Assembly: GCA_963665665.1 (NCBI GenBank)
Contig: OY762428.1
Location: 4,576,001 to 4,640,000 of the forward strand
From: Candidatus Kapaibacterium sp.
GTDB taxonomy: Bacteria; Bacteroidota; Ignavibacteria; Kapaibacteriales; UBA2268
Direction: 5' to 3'
DNA length: 64,000 nt
Part shown: one piece after another, positions 10,147 to 18,336 of the stretch
Position numbering within the stretch: the stretch's first letter is position 1
Layout: each line of letters begins with the position of its first letter
The notes under the pieces: model-generated
Databases searched by the model: none
Told to the model about the DNA's origin: nothing
Seen by the model: the letters and a program-made list of their open reading frames with translations, nothing else
Made by a program: the position numbers and the translations under genes

Positions 10147-11052
10147 ATGAAAGTTTTAGTTTCTGACGGAATTCACCCTCTCGGTGAAGAAGTTCTGAAA
10201 AATGCAGGCCTGGAAGTTGTAATGGAGAAATACTCTCCCGAAGATTTACTCGACAAAATCAAAGATTTTGATGCTATTATGGTTAGGTCAGCTACAAAGG
10301 TTCCGAAAGAAGTAATTGATGCCGGAAACCTGAAATGTATTGCCCGCGGCGGTGTTGGCCTTGATAATATTGATACAGCCTATGCAAAAGAAAAAGGCAT
10401 TCCCGTTCTTAATACTCCCGGCGCTTCTTCAATTTCAGTTGCTGAGCTTGCTATTGCCCACATGATGGGAATAGGCCGCTTCCTGCACCGCAGCCCGAAA
10501 GAAATGCAGGCTGGTAACTGGCCGAAAAAAGATTACAAAGCAGGCCGCGAAGTTACAGATAAAACTCTCGGACTTCTTGGTTTCGGAAACATTGGAAGGG
10601 AAACTGCAAAAAGAGCTCTCGGACTTGGTATGAAAGTTATTGCTTTCGATCCTTTTGTAAACGAAACTGATATGGATGTTAAGCTTGTCAGCAAAGAAGA
10701 AGTTCTTGCTAATTCAGATTATATTTCACTTCACATGCCTTTTATCAAAGCTGAAGGCCCGACACTGGACACTGCTGAATTCGCTAAAATGAAAAAAGGC
10801 GTTTGCATTATTAACTGTGCTCGCGGCGGCGTTGTTAAAGAATCAGCTCTTCTCGAAGCCCTGAATAACGGAACAGTTGACTATGCAGGTATAGACGTAT
10901 GGGAAACAGAACCTGCAGGCGAAGCCCAGATGGCTCTGATCAATCATCCTAACGTAATGGCTACACCTCACATTGGCGCTTCAACAAACGAAGCACAGAT
11001 CAGGGTTAGTACGGAAATCGCTCAGAAAGTTGTTGACTGCCTTAAAGGCTGA
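10147..11052 (+). CDS. serA: D-3-phosphoglycerate dehydrogenase (short form, no ACT domain)
   Basis: RGGVGLDNID, GFGNIG, INCARGG and TPHIGAST motifs; adjacent to a DUF1015 gene. Confidence 0.85.
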   Translation: MKVLVSDGIHPLGEEVLKNAGLEVVMEKYSPEDLLDKIKDFDAIMVRSATKVPKEVIDAGNLKCIARGGVGLDNIDTAYAKEKGIPVLNTPGASSISVAELAIAHMMGIGRFLHRSPKEMQAGNWPKKDYKAGREVTDKTLGLLGFGNIGRETAKRALGLGMKVIAFDPFVNETDMDVKLVSKEEVLANSDYISLHMPFIKAEGPTLDTAEFAKMKKGVCIINCARGGVVKESALLEALNNGTVDYAGIDVWETEPAGEAQMALINHPNVMATPHIGASTNEAQIRVSTEIAQKVVDCLKG

Positions 11053-11094
11053 TATAAATAGTTATAGTTAAATTGAACAAAAAATGAGGATATA

Positions 11095-12336
11095 ATGGCA
11101 GTATTTCGTCCGTTCAAAGCTTTCAGGCCCGTTCCTGAAAAAGCTGCCGATATTGCAGCAAAGCCTTACGACGTATTGAATTCAGATGAAGCCCGCGAAG
11201 AAGTTAAAGGCAAACCACTTTCTTTCCTTCATGTTGGCAAGCCCGAAATTGACCTTGACCCGTCAATCAGTTTATATGATCCGCAGGTTTACGAAAAAGG
11301 AAAAGAAAACCTTCAGAAACTTATCTCTGACGGCAACCTGGTAGAAGATGCCGAACCGTATTTCTATCTTTATTCACAGACAATGGACGGCCGCACTCAG
11401 TTCGGTTTTGTGGGCTGTGCATCCGTTGATGATTACTGGAAAGACGTAATCAAAAAGCACGAACACACTCGTAAAGTAAAAGAAGAAGACCGCTGTAATC
11501 ATGTTCGCGTAACTAACGCTCACTCCGGCCCTATCTTCCTTACATACAGGGATAATGCAAGGCTCCAGGAAATTATTGATACAGTTTCAAAAGAAAATCC
11601 TGATAACGACCACACTGCTGAAGACGGCATCCGCCACACTTCATGGGTGATCAATGACAAAGAAATGATTACTGAAATTGAAAAACTTTTCGGCGGCATT
11701 GACTATCTTTACGTTGCTGACGGACACCACCGCAGCGCTGCAGCCGGTATCGTTGGCCGCGAACGCCAGAAAGCAAACGACAACCACAAAGGCGATGAAG
11801 AGTATAACTTCTTCCTTGCTGTATGCTTCCCGGGCACACACCTTTATATCATGGATTACAACCGCGTTGTTAAAGACCTTAACGGCCACACAAGCGAAGA
11901 ATTTATGAAACTTCTTGGCGGGAAATTCTCGATTGAAGAAGCTGAAGGCCAGTTCAAACCTACAGAAAAAGGCCAGGTTGGCATGTACATCGAAAACAAA
12001 TGGTACAAACTTACTGCAAACGAAGAATTCCTGAACAACACAGACCCGGTTGAAAGCCTGGACGTAGCTATTCTTCAGCGTGAGGTTCTTACTCCGGTTC
12101 TTGCTATCGACGACCCCCGCACAAGCGAAAGAATAGACTTCGTTGGCGGTATCCGCGGCCTTGGCGAACTTGAAAAGAGAGTTAACTCAGGCGAAATGAA
12201 ACTTGCTTTTGCAATGTACCCGACATCAGTTAACGAACTGATGGCAATTGCAGACGCAGAAAAGATCATGCCTCCGAAATCCACGTGGTTTGAACCTAAG
12301 CTCCGCGACGGGCTTTTCGTTCACTTCCTTGACTAA
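11095..12336 (+). CDS. DUF1015 family protein
   Basis: PYDV, IKKHEHT, YVADGHHR and MPPKSTWFEPKLRDGL motifs typical of the family. Confidence 0.9.
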   Translation: MAVFRPFKAFRPVPEKAADIAAKPYDVLNSDEAREEVKGKPLSFLHVGKPEIDLDPSISLYDPQVYEKGKENLQKLISDGNLVEDAEPYFYLYSQTMDGRTQFGFVGCASVDDYWKDVIKKHEHTRKVKEEDRCNHVRVTNAHSGPIFLTYRDNARLQEIIDTVSKENPDNDHTAEDGIRHTSWVINDKEMITEIEKLFGGIDYLYVADGHHRSAAAGIVGRERQKANDNHKGDEEYNFFLAVCFPGTHLYIMDYNRVVKDLNGHTSEEFMKLLGGKFSIEEAEGQFKPTEKGQVGMYIENKWYKLTANEEFLNNTDPVESLDVAILQREVLTPVLAIDDPRTSERIDFVGGIRGLGELEKRVNSGEMKLAFAMYPTSVNELMAIADAEKIMPPKSTWFEPKLRDGLFVHFLD

Positions 12337-12360
12337 TATTATCTTTATTGATTAGTTTAA

Positions 12361-12391
12361 ATCATCCGATGGCTTTAAGTCATCGGATGAG
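12361..12391. repeat. REP-like palindrome family 1 (tcatccgatgact-N-agtcatcggatga)
   Basis: The same hairpin occurs at about 14815, 16243, 17697, 36771 and 55156. Confidence 0.85.
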
Positions 12392-12487
12392 TAATTGAAG
12401 CAGAAAACTAAAAGATGTCCGATACCTTCGGGGTGTCGGGCATCTTGGTTATTGGGATGGTATCCCACCGAGAGCATCGCAAATTTC

Positions 12488-12545
12488 AATAGCCACGTGC
12501 TTTAGCGCGTGGATAAATGTGCAAGGTGCGGAGGCAAAGCAAGAA
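12488..12545 (+). repeat. REP-like element family 2 (aatagccacgtgctttagc[gt]cgtggataa...ggaggcaaag)
   Basis: Near-identical copies at 14247-14290 (+) and 54051-54094 (-), and a degenerate copy at about 54965. Confidence 0.85.
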
Positions 12546-12835
12546 AACCTCCCCTGTATTCCCCTCCTACTTTAGGAGGGGATAAGAAGTTAAATATCAT
12601 AAGATTAACTCCCCCTCCTTCCGAAGGAGGGGGTCGGGGGGAGGTAGGAAGGGTCGAAAGCAAAGCACCGATGTTTGATGATATTTCCGCCTTGTTTCGA
12701 AGCAAAGAAAGAAAACCACCCCTATAATCCCCTCCTACTTTAGGAGGGGATAAGAAGTTAAATATCATAGAATTAACTCCCCCTCCTTTTGAAGGAGGGG
12801 GCCGGGGGGAGGTAGGAAGGGTCGAAAGCAAAGAA
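12546..12835 (+). repeat. Tandem duplication (~168 bp x2) of GC-rich REP-like hairpins
   Basis: cccctcctactttaggaggggataagaagttaaatatcat...ccccctcct...gaaggagggg..ggggggaggtaggaagggtcgaaagcaaag occurs twice. Confidence 0.85.
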
Positions 12836-13624
12836 CCAATGGTTTAACCTATTGCTGCCTTGGTCTAAGTTATTGTACTGATGTTTGAAGATAATGAACT
12901 CTTGTTCGACACTATTGCAGCAATGTTTTGCTTTATTGCCGCCTTGGTCGGAGTTATTGACGCCTTGGTCGAAGTCATTGCCGCCTTGGTCGGAGTCATT
13001 GAGGTCTTGTTTGCACCTATTGCAGCAATGTTTTGCTTTATTGCCGCCTTGGTCGAAGTTAATGCTGCCCTGTTTCAAATCATTGTACTGATGTTTGAAG
13101 TTATTGCCGCCTTATTCTTCTTCAAAGCCCTCTCCTTCGGGGAGGGTTTGGGAGGGGTCGAAATCATTGATGCCTTGGTCTAAGTCATTGCAGCAATGTT
13201 TTTCTTCAAAGCCCTCCCCTTCGGGGAGGGTTTGGGAGGGGTCAGAGGCAATGCACCGATGTTCAGTGATAATGAACTCTTGTTTGAAGCTATTGCAGCA
13301 ATGTTTTGCTTTATTGATGCCTTGTTCGGAGTCATTGATGCCTTGTTCGGAGTCATTGCCGCCTTGGTCGGAGTCATTGACGCCTTGTTTGGAGTTATTG
13401 ATGCCTTGGTCGAAGTTATTGACCCCTTGGTCGAAGTTATTGACCCCTTGGTCGAAGTCATTGATGCCTTGGTCGGAGTCATTGACGCCTTGTTTGGAGT
13501 TATTGATGCCTTGTTTGGAGTTATTGATGCCTTGGTTGAAGTTATTGACGCCTTGGTTGAAGTCATTGATGCTTTGGTCGGAGTTATTGACGCCTTGTTT
13601 GAAGGCATTGAACTCTTGGTCGGA
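12836..13624 (+). repeat. 21-bp tandem array, type A (consensus gttattgaygccttgktcgra), interrupted by two GC-rich hairpin inserts
   Basis: About 15 clean units at 13310-13624 (VIDALVE/VIDALFG heptads), with more degenerate units upstream; ccct..ccttcggggagggtttgggagggg inserts at about 13128 and 13212. Confidence 0.95.
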
Positions 13625-13637
13625 GGCAAAGAACATG

Positions 13638-14100
13638 TTCAGTAAGATCAACCAAGTGTTCAGTAAGGTCAACCAAGTGTTCAGTAAGATCAACCAAGTG
13701 TTCAGTAAGATCAACCAAGTGTTCAGTAAGATCAACCAAGTGTTCAGTAAAGCCAACCAAGTGTTCAATAAGGTCAACCAAGTGTTCAGTAAAGCCAACC
13801 AAGTGTTCAGTAAAGCCAACCAAGTGTTCAGTAAGGTCAACCAAGTGTTCAGTAAAGCCAACCAAGTGTTCAATGAGGCCAAATTTCACTACATTAAGGC
13901 CAAACAGTAGTTCAATACCACCGGCCAGGGCAGTTTAAAGCCCTGCAATCCAAGCAATTAGCCCAAACATCAGGATTCTGGTTCAAAACAGCATTGAAAT
14001 AAGGAGATTATTCGATTCATTGAAACCACAGGATGAGGAATTAAGGCCGACGTCCTGTTCATTGGGGTGGAAAAACGGGTAAACTGAGCAAAAAAATGAG
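13638..14100 (+). repeat. 21-bp tandem array, type B (ttcagtaagrtcaaccaagtg), decaying rightwards
   Basis: 11 near-perfect units at 13638-13868, then about 11 increasingly degenerate units in the same register to about 14100. Confidence 0.95.
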
Positions 14101-14110
14101 GTATGATGTT

Positions 14111-14220
14111 GTCATTCCCCGACACGTCGGGGCAGGCTTCCGGAGCTTGCGACCGAAGAATCCATCTTCGTTTGCAGATAGTGTAATAAGAATGGATTCT
14201 TCGCTGGCGCTCAGAATGAC
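14111..14220. repeat. REP-like element family 3 (gtcatt...gaagaatcc..N..ggattcttcg...cagaatgac)
   Basis: Related copies at about 25255-25336, 49673-49758 and 50560-50635, and a degenerate copy at 54851-54939. Confidence 0.8.
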
Positions 14221-14672
14221 CTTCCAGCCTTATAATCGTCAAATTCAATAGCCACGTGCTTTAGCTCGTGGATAAGGGAGGCAAAGAAAAAGAATCCCCC
14301 CCAGCCTGTCCCGACGTGTCGGGAACTCGCTGCGCTCGCCACCCCTCAACGAGGGGAATTTTCCGGAAGTCCACCCTCGGCCTTTCCCGACTCGTCGGCG
14401 CCAGCGTTGGACAGGTGATGTTTAATTACTTTTTAATCAATGTTCCTGAATTATGAAATATTATCATTGTTATAAAATATTGCTTGCATCCGTGAAAAAT
14501 TATTTGTAGATTAATATTGAATTTATTATTACAAGTGGAATGTGGTTGCAGCGGAGACAAGGACATTTACCACTGAAAAAATAATGCACTTATTAATTTG
14601 AAAAACAGAGGTTCTTGATATTTACCCCTCGGTTGGGGACATTATTTTATTAACTTTTATTGAGGTTTTCTT

Positions 14673-14801
14673 ATGAAATATCTTATCGGCGAAACCCGCA
14701 TGATGCTTAACATATCGAACTTAAGCTCCGGCGCTTATTTATATTCAATTACTATCGACGGATTTAACCTTAATACGGGTAAATTTATTATCACGAGATA
14801 G
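14673..14801 (+). pseudogene. 42-aa remnant: start codon fused to the tail of a T9SS C-terminal sorting domain
   Basis: Manual translation MKYLIGETRMMLNISNLSSGAYLYSITIDGFNLNTGKFIITR*; the L.SG.Y.Y......G....GKF.I pattern is typical of CTD ends; SD-like gagg upstream. Confidence 0.65.
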
Positions 14802-14886
14802 TTCTTTCAAGAATTCATCCGATGACTTTATGTCATCGGATGAGTTCTATATTCTTAATTTAACCTGTGGGTTAACCCACAGGTTT
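14799..14886 (+). repeat. ~88-bp double-hairpin cassette-end element, copy 1
   Basis: tagttctttc..tcatccgatgacttta[ta]gtcatcggatgagttctatattcttaatttaacctgtgggttaacccacaggttt; identical architecture at 16228 and 17682. Confidence 0.9.
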
Positions 14887-14919
14887 CAAAATTATTATAA
14901 AAAAAATCAGCTATCAACA

Positions 14920-16230
14920 ATGAAAAAATATATTATTCTTTTTCTACTAATTTTTATTTTCAGCAGCTATTCCCAGGTTGTCTGGGAGCGGGTTTATTAT
15001 AAGCATTATGACGAGATAATATATAAAATCTGCAGCCCGGATTCAACCGATTGCCTTGTACTGATGCAGGATACCGGGCTTACTACTGTGATTGGAACAA
15101 GGGACATGGGCAAAACATGGGAACTGGTTTATGAACAACCTGCATGGATTCATGTAAAAACAGATCATTTTGAACCACGGAATATGGCATATCCTGACAG
15201 CAACCATTTGTACATTAGTTATGACCGAGGGGCAATAAGGCGCAGCCATGACAGGGGGAAAACATTTGATACGGTAAGGCTTGGGACGCAGTGGCAACTT
15301 GATTTCCTGCAAATGATTGATTCAGTTAAAGGTATGGCTTGCGATTATACAGAAATTTTTTTAACTGACAACGGATGGGACAGCTATAAAAGAATAAATG
15401 TTGATTCTATCCTGCCTGAATATTTTTTATTTCCTCGGGCAATATATATGCACAGCCTTGATACATTTGATTTTATGTCTTCAAATAAGGATGTGATTTA
15501 TTTCAGGACTTGTGACGGCGGTGAAACATGGGATATTAATATCCTGGAAGAAGATCAACAGGAAAGATATAATATGCGTTCAATCTTTTATATTAACAGG
15601 GATATCGGGTGGATGGCAGGGTACAGGAAACGACTTAATGCAGGCGATCAAAGATCCGATGTACTTTTTAAAACAACAGACGGCGGCAAAACATGGAAAA
15701 ATGTTTACGAACAAAATAACGAACCACAATTTGGTTTAAGCGAGGTTGTTTTTACAGACGAGATGAACGGCGTGGCAGTTGGCGGCTGGGGAGTAAAAAT
15801 ACTACGAACAACTGATGGGGGCGATTCCTGGATACAGGACAGCAGCGTTTTGGGTGAATACCCTGCAATATTCCAATGCGTGGGGACAATAGGTTCGAAA
15901 TTTATTGTCGGTTCTTTTGGCCGCGGACTGCTTATGATGCCTGACCCTGTTGGCGTAAAAAATTTGGCAGAGAACAGCCGGGCGGAAGTTTACCCCAATC
16001 CTTCTTCGGGAATGGTAACGCTAAGCTACGAACAGGAGCACGCCGGCACAGCCACCCTTGAGGTATTGGGCCTCAGCGGCCGCCTTGTATTCAGCGAAAA
16101 GGCTTCTTATCGTCCGCCCGGCGTTTATACCGAGCGAATAAACGGTTCGGGTCTTGCCCCCGGTTTGTACTATTACCGCCTGTCCCTTCCCAAAAAGGAA
16201 TTAAGCGGCTGCATTGTGATTGTAAGGTAG
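14920..16230 (+). CDS. T9SS-secreted YCF48/BNR (Asp-box) beta-propeller protein, paralog 1
   Basis: Signal peptide MKKYIILFLL.., repeated T.DGG.TW Asp-boxes and a C-terminal YPNP...L.PG.YYY CTD. Confidence 0.88.
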   Translation: MKKYIILFLLIFIFSSYSQVVWERVYYKHYDEIIYKICSPDSTDCLVLMQDTGLTTVIGTRDMGKTWELVYEQPAWIHVKTDHFEPRNMAYPDSNHLYISYDRGAIRRSHDRGKTFDTVRLGTQWQLDFLQMIDSVKGMACDYTEIFLTDNGWDSYKRINVDSILPEYFLFPRAIYMHSLDTFDFMSSNKDVIYFRTCDGGETWDINILEEDQQERYNMRSIFYINRDIGWMAGYRKRLNAGDQRSDVLFKTTDGGKTWKNVYEQNNEPQFGLSEVVFTDEMNGVAVGGWGVKILRTTDGGDSWIQDSSVLGEYPAIFQCVGTIGSKFIVGSFGRGLLMMPDPVGVKNLAENSRAEVYPNPSSGMVTLSYEQEHAGTATLEVLGLSGRLVFSEKASYRPPGVYTERINGSGLAPGLYYYRLSLPKKELSGCIVIVR

Positions 16231-16316
16231 TTCTTTCGATAGCTCATCCGATGACTTTAAGTCATCGGATGAGTTCTATATTCTTAATTTAACCTGTGGG
16301 TTAACCCACAGGTTTT
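16228..16316 (+). repeat. ~88-bp double-hairpin cassette-end element, copy 2
   Basis: Matches copies 1 and 3 and begins at the stop codon. Confidence 0.9.
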
Positions 16317-16361
16317 CAAAAACAGACGGAAAATTCTTCAACATTATTTCTGATATCAACA

Positions 16362-17684
16362 ATGAAAAAATATATTATTCTATTTCTTCTTATTTTTATT
16401 TTCAGCAGCTATTCCCAGGTTGTCTGGGAGCGGGTATATAATGGTAAAGTGCCTTACAATGGTACCGTTTATAAAATTTGTTGTCCTGATTCTAATGATT
16501 GTCTTGTTCTGATGCAGGATACCGGTTTTACTACCGTGATTGGTACAAGGGATATGGGCAAAACATGGGAACTGGTTTATGAAGACCCTTCCTGGCAAGG
16601 AATTCGCACTGATCATTTTAAACCCTGGAATATGGCGTATCCGGACAGTAACCACTTGTATATTAGTTATGACCGAGGGGCGATCAGGCGCAGCCATGAC
16701 AGGGGGAGAACATTCGATACTGTGAGGCTTGGGACGCAATGGCAACTTGAGTTTCTGCAAATGATAGATTCAGTTAAAGGAATGGCTTGCGATTATACAG
16801 AAATTTTTTTAACTGACAACGGATGGGACAGCTATAAAAGAATAAATGTTGATTCTATCCTGCCTGAATATTTTTTATTTCCTCGGGCAATATATATGCA
16901 CAGCCTTGATACATTTGATTTTGTATCTTCCAATAAGGATGTAATATATTTCAGGACTTGTGACGGAGGCGAAACATGGGATATTAATATTCTGGAAGAA
17001 GATCAAGCGGAAATCTACCATCTATCATCCATATTTTATATAAACAGGGATATTGGTTGGATGGCAGGCAACAGAGACCTGCCCCTTGCAGATGATCAAA
17101 GGGCTGACGTACTTTTTAAAACTACCGACGGCGGCAAAACATGGAACAATGTTTACGAGAAAGAAAACGCACCCAAATTCGGCCTACGCGGGGTTGTATT
17201 TACAGACGAAATGAACGGAGTGGCCGTTGGCGGCTGGGGCAATAAAATTCTTAGTACATTTGACGGGGGCGATATCTGGATTCAGGACAGCATTACCGGC
17301 ATACCTGAAGGTTATTATCCGATTTACCAAACTGTATCAACAATAGGAAAAGAATTTATTATTGGATATTATAACCAGGGCTTACTAATGCGGAAAACAA
17401 TATTATCTGCCGGTGAGTCTGAATCTAAGAGCAGCGCCAGCGTTTACCCCAATCCTTCTTCGGGAATGGTAACGCTAAGCTACGAGCAGGAGCGCGCGGG
17501 CATCGCCAAGCTTGATGTATTGGGCCTCAGTGGCCGCTTAGTATTTAGCGAAAAGGCTTCCTATCGTCCGCCCGGCGTTTATACCGAGCGTATTAACGGT
17601 TCGGGTCTTGCCCCCGGTATGTACTATTACCGCCTGTCCCTTCCCACAAAGGAACTCAGCGGCTGCATTGTGATTGTAAGGTAG
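16362..17684 (+). CDS. T9SS-secreted YCF48/BNR beta-propeller protein, paralog 2
   Basis: Same architecture as 14920..16230, with long identical blocks. Confidence 0.88.
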   Translation: MKKYIILFLLIFIFSSYSQVVWERVYNGKVPYNGTVYKICCPDSNDCLVLMQDTGFTTVIGTRDMGKTWELVYEDPSWQGIRTDHFKPWNMAYPDSNHLYISYDRGAIRRSHDRGRTFDTVRLGTQWQLEFLQMIDSVKGMACDYTEIFLTDNGWDSYKRINVDSILPEYFLFPRAIYMHSLDTFDFVSSNKDVIYFRTCDGGETWDINILEEDQAEIYHLSSIFYINRDIGWMAGNRDLPLADDQRADVLFKTTDGGKTWNNVYEKENAPKFGLRGVVFTDEMNGVAVGGWGNKILSTFDGGDIWIQDSITGIPEGYYPIYQTVSTIGKEFIIGYYNQGLLMRKTILSAGESESKSSASVYPNPSSGMVTLSYEQERAGIAKLDVLGLSGRLVFSEKASYRPPGVYTERINGSGLAPGMYYYRLSLPTKELSGCIVIVR

Positions 17685-17770
17685 TTCTTTCAATAGCTCA
17701 TCCGATGACTTTAAGTCATCGGATGAGTTCTATATTCTTAATTTAACCTGTGGGTTAACCCACAGGTTTT
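17682..17770 (+). repeat. ~88-bp double-hairpin cassette-end element, copy 3
   Basis: Matches copies 1 and 2 and begins at the stop codon. Confidence 0.9.
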
Positions 17771-17863
17771 TTATTTACCGAAAATTCCTGCGAAACCCTT
17801 TTCCAGGTTCGTTCATGGGATCGGTCGTGATTCGATTATATGCGGTTACAAATTCCAATTTCA

Positions 17864-18226
17864 TTAACCTTCATTTCCCATAAGCCTGGTACAAATCTTA
17901 TCCCTGAAAAACCTGCTGTTCAGAACCGAAGTGAAAGAAAGTAATGTAGGGATCATAAAACCAATAAATCCCTCGCTGACAAATCCAATCCAGTCGAAAA
18001 TAAATAAGAAAGCAATACTGACCAGGAAAACTATTATGCCTCCTAAAAATTCGAAAAACCATATCAGTAATGCCGGCATTGCAAAAAGAAGTATTACTGC
18101 AAGAATTGCAAGATAATTCCCGCATTCGAATGTACTGTAGTTTGTAAGTGCAATAATATAAACAATTGACCAAAGCGACATAAGTATTCTGACCACATTT
18201 CGGATTATTTTGTATCTCTTGTCCAT
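17864..18226 (-). CDS. Small integral membrane protein (about 4 TM), unknown function
   Basis: Hydrophobic 120-aa ORF with an SD-like ggagcaggt before the ATG. Confidence 0.65.
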   Translation of the reverse strand: MDKRYKIIRNVVRILMSLWSIVYIIALTNYSTFECGNYLAILAVILLFAMPALLIWFFEFLGGIIVFLVSIAFLFIFDWIGFVSEGFIGFMIPTLLSFTSVLNSRFFRDKICTRLMGNEG

Positions 18227-18336
18227 ACCTGCTCCATCAAAGAGAATTATAATTACTGTAAGTTAAAAAAAAATTTGAATAATCAAAGTAATATTAAATC
18301 ACACAGGCCTAATCAATATATAATTTATGCTCAGTA

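Noticed and set aside
13310-13868. CRISPR array
   Set aside because: Units are directly tandem with no unique spacers, and there are no cas genes in the window.
12502-14456. The many overlapping ORFs (e.g. 13095..13910, 13112..13882, 13196..13645) as real genes
   Set aside because: Stop-free 21-mers and REPs open several frames on both strands at once; there is no clear RBS or recognisable domain, so none can be preferred.
14920-17684. Diversity-generating retroelement TR/VR pair
   Set aside because: Differences include indels and all base types across whole genes, and there is no reverse transcriptase in the window.
14799-17770. Integron attC sites
   Set aside because: The repeats lack a clear RYYYAAC...GTTRRRY single-hairpin architecture and no integron integrase is present.
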